Of a stretch of 64,000 nt of DNA, positions 1 to 9,897 are shown one piece after another. The notes beneath the pieces are model-generated. The model was not told the DNA's origin. It ran no database searches and was given only the letters and a program-made list of their open reading frames with translations. This stretch comes from Polyangiaceae bacterium (lineage in GTDB: Bacteria > Myxococcota_A > Polyangia > Polyangiales > Polyangiaceae). The stretch is taken from the NCBI GenBank assembly GCA_041389765.1, contig JAWKRE010000002.1, forward strand, positions 75,908 through 139,907, in the 5' to 3' direction. The translations under genes were made by a program, and so were the position numbers. Position 1 is the first letter of the stretch, and each line of letters begins with the position of its first letter.

Positions 1-875
1 AGTTGACGAGCGGGGTGACCTGCGTGAACCGGGGAGAGACCGCCGCAGCATACTGGCTGTGCCGGAGCGCGAAAGGCCCGCTGACGACGAGACGACAGTC
101 GAGCTCGGCGATCATCTGAGACTCCACGAAGAGCTCCTTCGCCTTGCTCCCGTCTCGGATGTAGTCCAGTCCGTCCATCACGAGCAGCACCGGTCTGGCG
201 TGCTGTTGCACGAGGCCGATCAGCGTGTTGACACACTGGAGAACCGTGCGAGCGGCGGTGTCCGAGTCGCGGAGAGCGCGCGGCCTTCTCCCGAGAGAGA
301 TGGACCATCGCCCTGCATCTGCGACGGCACCCAGGAGCTGAAGCCCCGCTCCGACAGGGCCACCCACGGCCCCCGAGACCATCACGGCCATCTGCTTTGC
401 GAGCTTCATCACGTCCACCTCCGGGACGTCCTCGGCTCCGGCCGCGCGAACGGCCTTCGTGAACGCCTGGGCGAGGTCGCGCTCGTGCTGCTTGGGCATC
501 TGGAAACCGATGCTCTCTGCCACCCTCAGAATGGCCAGCCCCGCCAGAAAGCACACTTCCCAGGCAGCAATGGCGTTGAGCGCCGCCCTGTCTCCCATCG
601 TGTCTTCGAAGTGCTTGTCGAGGCGGAGAAAGACCACCAGCTCGCGCCCCTCGCGCTCCTCGGCCACCCGAAAGAGCTCGGTTGTCTTGCCGGTGCCGAC
701 CGTGCCAGTGAGGAGGAGACGGGGAGAACCGAACGGAAGCTCCAGCAGCTTCATCATCTGGCCGGCGGGGCTCTCCTCCCGATCCATGCGAATGGCGCGC
801 GACACCGCAGGCTCGACAGGATCGAAGCGCTGATAGATCTGCTGCCACAGGTCCCGGGTCGCCATCGGGCGGAGC
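1..875 (-). CDS. P-loop NTPase (AAA/STAND-like), 5'-complete but truncated at window edge
   Basis: Reverse-strand translation from ATG at ~875 gives MATRDLWQQIYQRFDP...LLLTGTVGTGKTTEL (Walker A) then LLVMDGLDY (Walker B-like). No stop before position 1. Absent from the ORF track only because it runs off the window. Confidence 0.5.
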
Positions 876-1036
876 CTACCACACATGCCGCGACGCGACG
901 TTCAAGGTCGCGCATCGGCAGGGACGAGCCTGCACCGTCTCCTCAGCGGCGCCCCAGGTCGCCGGCGTTCGGCGCGTCACCCGCGCAGGGTCTGCGTCGC
1001 CGCGGCGGCCGCCTTTCTGTTACGCCTTGGAGCGCC

Positions 1037-1315
1037 ATGGATTGGAAGCTCTTCGGGTCGACGTTCCTCGCCATCTTCCTCGCCGAGATGGGCGACAAGA
1101 CACAGCTCGCGACGCTGTCGTTCGCGTCGAGCGGGTCGTCACGCTGGACGGTGTTCGCGGCGAGCGCGGCGGCGCTCGTGGCGACCTCGGCGATCGCTGT
1201 CATGGCGGGGGAGGCGGTCGCGCGGCACGTCCCGCCGGTGTGGATCCGTCGCGCCGCGGGGGCGCTGTTCGTCGTGCTGGGGGTCTGGACCCTCGTGAAG
1301 GCCAATGCGAGCTGA
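1037..1315 (+). CDS. UPF0016/GDT1 (TMEM165) family small membrane protein
   Basis: MDWKLFGSTFLAIFLAEMGDKTQLATL contains the E-x-G-D-(K/R)-(T/S) signature in a hydrophobic context. It is a single-motif half-size protein. Confidence 0.55.
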   Translation: MDWKLFGSTFLAIFLAEMGDKTQLATLSFASSGSSRWTVFAASAAALVATSAIAVMAGEAVARHVPPVWIRRAAGALFVVLGVWTLVKANAS

Positions 1316-1385
1316 CCTGTCAGGGGCGCCGAGAGGCGCTGCGGCGTCGGTGCGCACGGACCTGTCGCCCCCAAAAAAGAGGGGA

Positions 1386-2039
1386 ATGGACAATGGCGCG
1401 CTGCCAATCGTGGTGGCGGCGCTGTTCGTGTTGGGGGTGGTCGGGTTTGCGGCGGGGGTGCTGCTGGATGTGCGCGCGTTGCGGCTTGTCGCGAAGCCGA
1501 TTCCGGTGCTCGCGCTGGCGGCGCTGGCGGGGGCGAGCGAGGGGCGGTATGCGCGTATTCTGGCGGCGGGGCTTGCGCTGGGGGCCGTGGGAGATGTGCT
1601 GTTGGAGATTGGACCTCGGCTGTTCGTGGCGGGGCTGGGGGCCTTTCTGATAGGGCATGTCGCGTATGTCGTGGCGTTCGTCGTCGAGGAGCGACGGGCG
1701 CGGATTTTGCGTGCGATCCCGCCATTTCTGCTCGGGGTGGGGGTGCTCTCGCAGCTCTGGGCGGGGCTCGGGGCGATGGCGATCCCGGTGACGGTGTACA
1801 TGCTTGTCATCTGCGCGATGGGGTATCGGGCGGGGGCGATGGTGGAGCCGGGGCGAAAGGGGGCGTGGCTGGCGCTGGGGGGAGCGCTGCTGTTCCTCGT
1901 GAGTGACACTCTCCTTGGAATACACCGATTCCATACCCCCCTCCCGGCAGGGCGCGTGCTCATCCTCGCGACGTACTGGCTCGCTCAGCTCCTCATCGCC
2001 CTCTCGGCGCGCGCGCTCGTCCCGCGCAAGGCTGCCTGA
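1386..2039 (+). CDS. YhhN-family (lysoplasmalogenase/TMEM86-like) membrane protein
   Basis: Polytopic hydrophobic ORF with an AFLIGHVAYVVAF-type motif. In-frame ATG (MDNGALPIVVAALF) follows a poor N-terminal extension. Confidence 0.55.
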   Translation: MDNGALPIVVAALFVLGVVGFAAGVLLDVRALRLVAKPIPVLALAALAGASEGRYARILAAGLALGAVGDVLLEIGPRLFVAGLGAFLIGHVAYVVAFVVEERRARILRAIPPFLLGVGVLSQLWAGLGAMAIPVTVYMLVICAMGYRAGAMVEPGRKGAWLALGGALLFLVSDTLLGIHRFHTPLPAGRVLILATYWLAQLLIALSARALVPRKAA

Positions 2040-2051
2040 CTCGTCCTGTCT

Positions 2052-5000
2052 CTATTTCGAGGCGGCGGTGCGGTCCACCAGGGACTTGAGGCGGGCGTTG
2101 TCGGGGACGGCGGTGAGGAAGCGCTCGCGGTTCGGCTCGGGGATGCGGGCAGTGCGCGCGTCGAGCCATGTGCGGGCTTCGGCGGCGGCGGCGCGGGCGT
2201 CTTCGGTGCGGCCGTTGGCGAGGAGAGCGTCGATGTGGGCGGCGCGGACGAGGGCCTCTCCCTGCACCATCTGGCCGCCTTCGGCGAGGTAGCGATAAGC
2301 CTCCTCGGCGGCGGACAATGCCTCTTCGGGGCGGGCGCCGGCGCGGAGGAGATCGGCGAGGGTGGCGCGGCAATAGGCCTGTATCGGGGGGAGGTTCGCG
2401 GCGAGATCGATGGCGCGCCTGGCTTCGGCCTCGGCCGCCACGAGATCCGGTTTCGCGGCGAGGACCTCGGCGAGGGCGCGGCGAGCGACGGCTTCCATGC
2501 GGTGGTTTTCGCCGGCCTCGAAGCGATCGACGGCCTCGCGGACGAGGGGCTCGGCCTCGGCGAGATCGCCGCGGCGGGCGAGGAGGAGGGCGAGGTAGAT
2601 GCGGGCGTTCCAGCCGACGTGGGCGAGGCCCAGCGTCTTCGCGCGATCGAGGCCCTCGCGGAGGGCGCGTTCGGCGCGCTCCACGTCGCCGACATCGAGG
2701 CTCGTCCAGCCGATGTTGGCGGACTGGGCGCAGGCGCCGCGCACGTCGCCGGCCTCCTCGAACTTGTCGGCGGCCTCGATCATGTGGGTGAGGGCGCCGT
2801 CGGGATCGCCGGACTCGGAGGCGAGGGTGGCGCGCGCGAGGTGGATCCAGGCGGCGACTCCGGGGTCGCTCCAGGCGATGGAGTCGCCGTGGGACTGCAC
2901 GTGCGCGAGGAGGCCCTCGGCGGGCTCGCGGAGGCCGGCGAGGAGCAACGGGATGGAGGCGCGGGCAGCGGCGAGGACGACGCGGCCCGAGGTGCGGCCC
3001 TCGCGGCCCAGCTCGATGAGCTCCTTGGCGACGGACTCCATGCGAGCGCGATCGCCGAGCTTTCCGCTCGCGATGGCGGCCTGTCCGGCGGCGATGCACC
3101 AGCGCGTGTCGCCGCGGGGCAAGAGGACCATCGCCTCGATCGCGGCGGTCTGCTCGCGGGAGGGCTCGCCCCTGTAGCGGTAGGCTTCGGCGGCGATCAG
3201 GTGGAGGAGACCGCGCGACTCGCCGGCGGCGCCGCACGCGAGGCCGCGCTCCACGCAGGAGAGGGCGGCTTCGAGATCGTTGCCTTCGAGCGCTTGCTCG
3301 GCGGCGCGCAGGTAGCAAGTGGCGGCGCGCGGGAGATCCTCGCCGAGCTCGAAGTGGCGGGCGAGCGTGGCGGCGTCGCGCTCGCCCGCGGAGGAGAGCC
3401 AGTCTCCTGCGAGCTTGTGGCCGAGGGCGCGGTCCTCGTCGGTGAGCATGGCATAGGCGGCCTCGCGGACGAGCGCGTGGCGGAAGGCGTATTCACCGCC
3501 GCCCGCAAAGTGGCCTCGCTCGCGCGGCAGGAGGAGCTCGCGCTCCACGAGCTCGGCGAGCCAGGAGGTCACGTCGGGGGAGCTCGGGGCGGCGCCGAGG
3601 AGGGCCTCCACGCCGCCGCGCCAGAAGGAGGCGCCGAAGACGCTCGCCGCGCGGAGGAGGCGGCGCGCGTCGTTCTCCATGTTTTCAAGGCGCGTTCGCA
3701 CCATCGCGAGCACCGTGCCGGGGACCTCGGCGCCGCGGCCCTGGGCCTCTGCGCGGATCAGCTCCTCCAGGAAGAAGGCGTTTCCGCCCGCGTGCTCGGC
3801 GATCCGCGCGATGGCCTGCGGGTCGGCCCCGCTGCCGAGGACGTCGCGGGCGAGGCGCTCGCTCGCGCGCCGTGACAGCTCCGGGAGCGTGACCTCCATC
3901 ACGTGGCTCGGCTTGAGGAGGCCGGGGAAGGAGGCGAGCACGCCGGGGCGCGCCACGGCGAGCACGAAGAGCGGGCGATCGCGCTGGCGGAGGAGGGCGT
4001 CCACGAGCTTCACGGTCGGCACGTCGCCCCAGTGCAGATCCTCCAGCACGAGCAGGACGGGCTGCTTGTCGCACTCGGCGAGGACGAAGTCCTCCCACGC
4101 GCGCCGCATCTGATCGCCCATGAGCATCGTGTCGTTGCGGGCGGCGCGGAGCTTGGGGCTCGCCTCCTCGGGGAAGGGGACGCCGACGATCTCGCCAAGG
4201 AACTCGGCGACGCGGCGCACCTCCGCGGGCTCCACCTCCGCGCGCTGCACGCGGGCGACCAGCTTCTCGGCCTGCGCGGCGGGCGGATCGTCCTCGCGCA
4301 AGTCCGCGATACGCCTCAGGATCTGGCCGAGCATGCCAAAAGGCGACTTGTGCCGCATCGGGTCGCCGCGCGCGATCCAAACGGCCGTGTCGGGAGGGAC
4401 GCGCGCGAGAAGCTCTTGCAGCAGGCGCGACTTGCCGCCGCCCGGCGGGGCGGTCACCAGCACCGCGCGCGTCACGGGCTCCTCGGCGCACTCCTCCAGC
4501 GTCGACAGCAAGAGGGAGAGCTCGCGCTCGCGGCCCACGAACGGCGTGGGCTTGCCGAGCAGCATGCGCGCGACCGGCTCCTCGACGCGAAGGCCCTCGA
4601 TGCGGGCGCCGTGCTCGTCTTTCTCGACGACGGCTCTCCCGCCGAGGAGGGCCGCCGTCACCTCGTCGATGCGGACCCACCGGCCTGCGCCCTTCGCGCC
4701 CGCGGCGATGCGGCGCTCCTCGGTGCGCACGAGGGCCGCCGCGCGCTCCAGCGCCTCGCCCACCCACTGCCCGCCCGACACCTCGCTGCTCCCGGTGACG
4801 AGGCTCATCGCGCCCACGCTCAGCTCCGACCGCAGCGCCAGCGCGCACTGCGCCGCCACGAGCGCCTGATCCTGCGCCGCTGTCTTGCCTGCGACGATCG
4901 CGAACACCGTCCCGTCGGCGAGCCGCTCCACGCGCGCGCTGTCCGGCCCGAAGAGCCGCGTGAGCCGCGACACCTCCGACTGCACGGCCGTCTTCGACGT

Positions 5001-5957
5001 GGTGATGTCCTCCGGTCCCGCGACGCGCGCCGCCGGCCGCACCACCACGATGCTGGAGACGCGCCGCTCGCCCCCCGTGAGCACCGGCACGCGCATGCTC
5101 GGCGGCGGGTGATCCGTGCTCGTCTCGCCGGACATCGTGCGCTCCGTGAGCCCGTCGAGCGCCTTCGCCACCTCCGCCGACTGCGGCCGATCGGCCGCCT
5201 CCTTCGAAAGCATCTGCGAAAGCAGCCGATCCAGCGCGCGCGGCACGTTCAGGTTCACCTCGCGCGCGCGCGGCAGCTCTGTCACGAGCACCTTCGCGAG
5301 CACCGCCATCGCGTCGTCGCCCGAGAACGCGCGCTTGCCGGTCGCGCACTCGAACAGCACGCACCCCAGCGAGAACACGTCGGCCAGGGCGCTCACCTCG
5401 CGCGCGCCCCGCGCCTGCTCCGGCGCCATGTACGCGATCGTCCCGATGACAGCGCCGTAGCTCGTCGCGTCGCGCGCTGGCTCCGGGACGCGCGCCACGC
5501 CGAAATCGATGATCTTCACCTGCGCCACCTGTCCGCCCACGAGGAACAGGTTCGACGGCTTGATGTCGCGGTGAACGATCCCCGCGGCGTGCGCGTGCGA
5601 GAGCGCCTCGGCCACGCGGAACCCGAGCGCCACCGTCTCGCCCATCCGCAGCGAGCGCCGCTTGAGGCATTGCCGCAGGTCCTCGCCTTCCAGCCACTCC
5701 ATCGCGAGGTACGGCCGCTCGTCGTCGAGCGCCCCGTGCGTCACGTACCGCACGATCCCCGGGTGCCGCACCTTCATCAGCGCGTGCGCCTCGCGCAGCA
5801 TGCGCGACGCCTCCGTCAGCGCGTACGGGTGCAGCACCTTCAGCGCCACCGGCTGACCGGTCGCCAGATCGAGCGCGCGGAACACCGCCCCCATCCCGCC
5901 CTTCTCGGCGAGGCGCTCGATCTCGAACCGACCAGCCAGCACGTCCCCCGTCCGCAT
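2052..5957 (-). CDS. Ser/Thr protein kinase fused to AAA/NB-ARC-like ATPase and TPR repeats (PknK-like)
   Basis: N-terminus has GxGxxG...VALK...HRDIKPSNLFL...DFG...APE. It is followed by a P-loop GGGKS-like region and a long TPR/helical-repeat C-terminus. 1301 aa. Confidence 0.85.
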   Translation of the reverse strand: MRTGDVLAGRFEIERLAEKGGMGAVFRALDLATGQPVALKVLHPYALTEASRMLREAHALMKVRHPGIVRYVTHGALDDERPYLAMEWLEGEDLRQCLKRRSLRMGETVALGFRVAEALSHAHAAGIVHRDIKPSNLFLVGGQVAQVKIIDFGVARVPEPARDATSYGAVIGTIAYMAPEQARGAREVSALADVFSLGCVLFECATGKRAFSGDDAMAVLAKVLVTELPRAREVNLNVPRALDRLLSQMLSKEAADRPQSAEVAKALDGLTERTMSGETSTDHPPPSMRVPVLTGGERRVSSIVVVRPAARVAGPEDITTSKTAVQSEVSRLTRLFGPDSARVERLADGTVFAIVAGKTAAQDQALVAAQCALALRSELSVGAMSLVTGSSEVSGGQWVGEALERAAALVRTEERRIAAGAKGAGRWVRIDEVTAALLGGRAVVEKDEHGARIEGLRVEEPVARMLLGKPTPFVGRERELSLLLSTLEECAEEPVTRAVLVTAPPGGGKSRLLQELLARVPPDTAVWIARGDPMRHKSPFGMLGQILRRIADLREDDPPAAQAEKLVARVQRAEVEPAEVRRVAEFLGEIVGVPFPEEASPKLRAARNDTMLMGDQMRRAWEDFVLAECDKQPVLLVLEDLHWGDVPTVKLVDALLRQRDRPLFVLAVARPGVLASFPGLLKPSHVMEVTLPELSRRASERLARDVLGSGADPQAIARIAEHAGGNAFFLEELIRAEAQGRGAEVPGTVLAMVRTRLENMENDARRLLRAASVFGASFWRGGVEALLGAAPSSPDVTSWLAELVERELLLPRERGHFAGGGEYAFRHALVREAAYAMLTDEDRALGHKLAGDWLSSAGERDAATLARHFELGEDLPRAATCYLRAAEQALEGNDLEAALSCVERGLACGAAGESRGLLHLIAAEAYRYRGEPSREQTAAIEAMVLLPRGDTRWCIAAGQAAIASGKLGDRARMESVAKELIELGREGRTSGRVVLAAARASIPLLLAGLREPAEGLLAHVQSHGDSIAWSDPGVAAWIHLARATLASESGDPDGALTHMIEAADKFEEAGDVRGACAQSANIGWTSLDVGDVERAERALREGLDRAKTLGLAHVGWNARIYLALLLARRGDLAEAEPLVREAVDRFEAGENHRMEAVARRALAEVLAAKPDLVAAEAEARRAIDLAANLPPIQAYCRATLADLLRAGARPEEALSAAEEAYRYLAEGGQMVQGEALVRAAHIDALLANGRTEDARAAAAEARTWLDARTARIPEPNRERFLTAVPDNARLKSLVDRTAASK

Positions 5958-6024
5958 GGGCGGGCCTCCTTGCGCTACATCAAATCATGGGCTCGCCGCC
6001 GCGCGGAGCGCCGTCATCGTCCCG

Positions 6025-7785
6025 TCACTTTGCCCCCAGCTCTGCCAGCACCCGATCGCGGATGAGCGGCACCGCCGGCGACCCGTGCGACAGCAGCGCG
6101 TCGTGGAACTTCTTCAGCGAGAACTTCTCCCCGAGCCGCTCCTTCGCCTCCGCGCGCAGCTCCAGGATCTGGATCTTCCCCAGCGTGTAGGCGAAGTACC
6201 CCGGATCGAACGTCCCGCGCACTGCCTGCTCGCGCGCCGTCGCCTTGTCCTGGAAGCAGTCTTTCTGGAAGCGCTTCGCCACCTGATCGAGCGACAGCCC
6301 CTCCGTGTGAATGCCGATCGACGCCGCGAACCGGCAGTTGCGCAGCAGCGCATCCGAGAGCTGCCCCAGCTTGTTCTGCGGGTCTTCCGCGCCGAACCCC
6401 TCTTCCAGCATCATCTCCTCGGCGTAGTGCGCCCACCCCTCGACGAACGAGTAGCTCCCGAACATCGCCTGCACGCGCGTCGGCGCCTTCCGCTCCCACT
6501 GCCCTTGAAGGAAGTGTCCAGGATACACCTCGTGTACAGTCGTCGACAGCAGGGTGCCCCACGGCATGATGTACTCTTCCTGCTCCTTCTTCGGCCATGT
6601 CGGGTCGGGCAGCGTGATGTAATAAAACGCCGTTGTAGCGACCTTCTCGAACGGCCCCGGCGGGTTCAGAAAGGCCGAGTTCCACCGCATGAAGGGCGGA
6701 GTCTCCTTGAGCACCGCCTTGTCCTCCGTCGGGATGGTCACGAGGTCTTTCTTGATCACGAACTGCCGCGCATCCTCGGTGAGCTTCGTCGCCCCGGAGA
6801 GCAGCTCTGTCGCCTTGGGCCGGCTCACCTTCGCCTTGTTGCGCAGCTTCTCGTACGCCTTCTTGTTCTCGCGAAGGTTCTTCTCCCCCATCGCCTTGAA
6901 CTCCGCGAGCGGGATGCTGAGCCCCTCCTGCACGAACAGCAGCTTCTTGTACTTCTCGGTCCCCAGCACGTGCGAGCTGTCGGCCCGCGGGAGCTCGTTC
7001 TTCGTCAGGTGATCCGCGATCTTCTGCGCCTCTGCCGCGAGCTTCCCGTTCGTCTCCGCGAGCTCCTTCTGGAACGCCGCGTCCCCGACCCCTGCGAGCT
7101 GCTTCGGCACGTCGTTCTTCAGGTAATCGACGTACCCCTTGTAGACCTTGAGCGCCGTCTCCACGACCGCCTTCGACATCGGCCCTTGCAGGTTCGCCGT
7201 CACGTTCGCGACCTGCCCCAGCGCCGCCTTTTCGTGCGCGAGCAGCCTCTGCCCCCGCTCCGCCGCCGGCGCATAGTCCCTGTCGAGGTACGCGTTCACC
7301 CCGAAGAGCTCCTCGTAAAATCGAGGGTTCTTCTTCCAGTCCTCCATCTCGACAGCCCGGAACAGGAACCCGTCGATCTGGTGCATCAGGATCGCCCGAT
7401 CCAGCACCTCATCCGCCGACAGCGCCCCTTCATCGATCGCGGCCAGCTCCTCGCGCTGCTTCTTCAGCCGCTCGATCCGCCCTTCGATCGCCGCCTTCGA
7501 GCAGTCCGCCACCTTCCCGTCGTGCTCGTGCAGCCCCAGCTCGCGCCCCTTCTGCGGCTCGTCCGCGAGCCAGTCCGCCACGACCTTCTCCGACAGCGCC
7601 GCGAGCTTCTCCCCCGGCGTCTTCGGCGCGCTCGGCTTCTTCGCCTTCTTCTCGCGAGGCGGCGCCGCCATCGGCATCCCCGGTGCAGGCGTGGGAGGTG
7701 CCCACTCCGCGCACCCGGCCCCCAGCACCATCGAAAGCGCCACCCCGGCGCAGGCCGCCCCCAGCCTCACGTTCACGGATCGCAT
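6025..7785 (-). CDS. DUF885-family putative metallopeptidase lipoprotein
   Basis: Signal peptide plus lipobox (LGAGC). HEVYPGHFLQ (HExxH-like) and the overall DUF885 layout. Lysine-rich periplasmic protein. Confidence 0.7.
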   Translation of the reverse strand: MRSVNVRLGAACAGVALSMVLGAGCAEWAPPTPAPGMPMAAPPREKKAKKPSAPKTPGEKLAALSEKVVADWLADEPQKGRELGLHEHDGKVADCSKAAIEGRIERLKKQREELAAIDEGALSADEVLDRAILMHQIDGFLFRAVEMEDWKKNPRFYEELFGVNAYLDRDYAPAAERGQRLLAHEKAALGQVANVTANLQGPMSKAVVETALKVYKGYVDYLKNDVPKQLAGVGDAAFQKELAETNGKLAAEAQKIADHLTKNELPRADSSHVLGTEKYKKLLFVQEGLSIPLAEFKAMGEKNLRENKKAYEKLRNKAKVSRPKATELLSGATKLTEDARQFVIKKDLVTIPTEDKAVLKETPPFMRWNSAFLNPPGPFEKVATTAFYYITLPDPTWPKKEQEEYIMPWGTLLSTTVHEVYPGHFLQGQWERKAPTRVQAMFGSYSFVEGWAHYAEEMMLEEGFGAEDPQNKLGQLSDALLRNCRFAASIGIHTEGLSLDQVAKRFQKDCFQDKATAREQAVRGTFDPGYFAYTLGKIQILELRAEAKERLGEKFSLKKFHDALLSHGSPAVPLIRDRVLAELGAK

Positions 7786-8038
7786 CGCGCCGAATCCTTC
7801 CGCCCCCCCGACCCCCGGTCAACGCTTCTTTGCGGGATGCGCGAGCCCTCACCTCGATCCGCCTCCTGCCCCGCTCCGTTCAAGCCGCATGGATGCCCCC
7901 CTTCGGCGTCGCGCGCGCGCTCCGCCCGCACCCCCCAAGCCCGTGCTCGCCGCTCCGCGCCTGCGCGCGGTCGGGGGGTGCCCCCGTCCGTGGTTCGGAG
8001 GATGGCCCATGGCCGGGTCCCCGACATGCCGCGAAGCC

Positions 8039-8250
8039 CCGTCTCTGTCTTGGAAGCACGCTCCACGTGGCGCGGCACGCCGCCGAGAGGAATGGCGAAG
8101 AGCGTGGCGTTGCAGGCCCGGATTCAAGGTGCTCTGTGGCGCGAGCCGCCGGACGAAGACGCGAGTTCGGCGAGACCGTCGCGATGCCCGCCATGCGGGG
8201 AAGCGCCGCGGGACGTCCGCGCGCGGCCGGGCCTGCACCACCTGCGCATC
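8039..8250 (+). repeat. Copy 1 of ~220-nt dispersed intergenic repeat (candidate ncRNA/regulatory element), ends ~50 nt before STPK start
   Basis: Aligns at ~80% identity over >200 nt with 28436-28672 (+) and the reverse complement of 46141-46363. Shared blocks include CTTGGAAGCAC..CACGTGGCGCGGC..CGCCGCC..GCGAAGAGCGTGGCG.. and GACGAAGACGCGAGTTCGGCGAGACCGTCGCG..GCCCGCC.TGCGGGGAAGCGCCGC. Confidence 0.7.
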
Positions 8251-8299
8251 GAAATGTTCGCTGGCCTCGCACGTGAATCCACGCTGGACTGCGCGCGCG

Positions 8300-9833
8300 A
8301 TGTGGAACGACCCCGAGGTGTTCGGCGGCTTCCTTCTGATCCAGCGGCTCGCCGAGAGCGCGATGGCGAGCGTGCATCTCGCCGTCCGTCTCGGCGACAC
8401 GTCCGGTCGCGTCGTCGTGCTCAAGCGCCCGCCCCTCGGAGAGCGCCCGTCGGGTCGCGCCGCGCAGGCGATCCTGCGCGAGGCCGAGGTCCTCGCCGCC
8501 GTGCGCGGCGCCGGCGTCCCCGCGCTCGAAGCCGCCGGTGACATCGCGGGCCTGCCGTACGTCGCCCTCGAACGCCTGCGCGGCGCGAGCCTCGCGAAGG
8601 TGCTCGCCGCAGGAGGCCCGCTCCCGTACGCCTCTGTCCGCGCCATCGGGAGAGACATCGCCCGCGCGCTCGCCCGGCTCCACGAGGCCGGCTGGGTCCA
8701 CCGCGACGTGACCCCCTCCAACATCTTCGTCGACGACTCCGGCGAGGCCTACCTGCTCGACTTCGGCCTTTGCGCGCACGACGGCGACGAGCGCGGCGCC
8801 GACGTCGCCGGCACGCGGGGCTACGCCGCCCCCGAGGCGGTGGTCCCCGGCGCCGCCCGCCCCGCGCGCGACGTGTACGGACTGGCAGTCTGCCTCGCCG
8901 AAGCCACCCTGGGACGCAGGCTCTTCGACGAGAGCAGCCTTGTCGAAGCAGGCAGTCGCGGCGACGCCCCCCCGCGCGTCGCCGATCTCGCGCCCCACCT
9001 CCCGCGCATCGTCTCGGCCCTCCGCCGCGACCCGACAGCCCGCCCCTCCGCCGCCGACTTCGCGGATTCGTTCGCCGATCCGCTCGATCGCGACACCCTC
9101 GCTGCCCGCGCGCTCCCCGCTGCCACTGCCGGATCGGAGCGGCCGAGCAGCGCCGCCCCCGCCCCGACCGGAGGCATCGAGTCGCACGAAGATGCCTTTG
9201 GCCCCACCCGGCGCGGCTCGACGCCGACCCCGATCGCCGCCCCCCGATGCGGCGGATCCGGCCGCTCGCAGGGGCTCGCCTTCGCGCACCGTGCTCGCCG
9301 GCCCGCCCCCCGCGCGCGAGCTCTCGGCGAGCCCCGCTCCCGCGCTCACCCCGACCGCGGAGATGCCCCCTGTCGCGCAGAAGGAGTCGGGGGTCGTGCC
9401 CACGTTGCGCGAGGCGCCCATCGTGCCGATCCCGCGCGGGACAGGCATCTCTGCGCCTGCGAGCGCGCGCGAGTCGAAGCCTCCGCCCACGCTGCGCATG
9501 CGGACGGTGCGCACGACCGCGCTCATCGCGATCGCCGTCGTGCTGTTCGCGATCGGTCTCGGGTTCGTGGGGGGGCGGTTCGTGATGAGGCCGCGAGGGG
9601 CGCAGTTCGCGATCTCGGGCGCGCTCCCCAAGCGGACCGAGGTCCTCCTCGACGGCAAGAAGCTCACCTTCGCCGACAGCACGCCGATGCCCGTCCCGCC
9701 GGGCAATCACACGCTCAGCCTCCACTCGCCCAAGAGCAAGCGCGAGATCCCCTTCTTCGTGCGGCCGGGAGAGACCGTCGTGATCGTCGCGCCGCAGCGC
9801 GGATCGTCCTCGCCCGACGACGATTTCCCCTGA
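8300..9833 (+). CDS. Ser/Thr protein kinase, membrane-anchored with C-terminal PEGA-like domain; apparent +1 frameshift near 9200-9260
   Basis: Kinase motifs HRDVTPSNIF, DFG, GYAAPE in frame 2 from ATG 8300. The C-terminal TM helix (ALIAIAVVLFAIGLGFVGG) and PPGNHTLSL beta-domain are in the frame of ORF 8940..9833. The switch lies in a P/A-rich linker near a C-run. Confidence 0.65.
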
Positions 9834-9897
9834 CGGCCGCGCCCGCTGCGCACGAGGCTCGCGCGAACGAGGCAGGATCGCGTAGTCTGCGCGCCGC

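Noticed and set aside
59-1315. 418-aa plus-strand ORF covering 59-1036
   Set aside because: Only its last 92 aa (the UPF0016 motif) look genuine. The rest is antisense to a convincing minus-strand P-loop NTPase.
1993-3318. Long R/P-rich ORFs in alternative frames throughout (e.g. 1993..3318 -, 3685..5697 -, 5956..8541 +, 7880..9706 -, 8421..9989 -, 11079..13145 -, 24860..28408 +, 29421..31310 -, 37965..43073 +, 40459..42972 -, 51284..54637 -, 51814..56670 +, 56655..58556 -, 57337..59619 -)
   Set aside because: They are typical of ~70% GC DNA: Arg/Pro/Gly/Ala-dominated, with no motifs, and they overlap well-supported genes in another frame.
8039-8250. Conserved short peptide (DENESSARPSRRPPCGEAP-like) readable in all three copies of the dispersed repeat
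   Set aside because: Nucleotide identity (~80%) exceeds peptide conservation, and substitutions are not synonymous-biased. More likely a non-coding element. A micropeptide remains a formal possibility.
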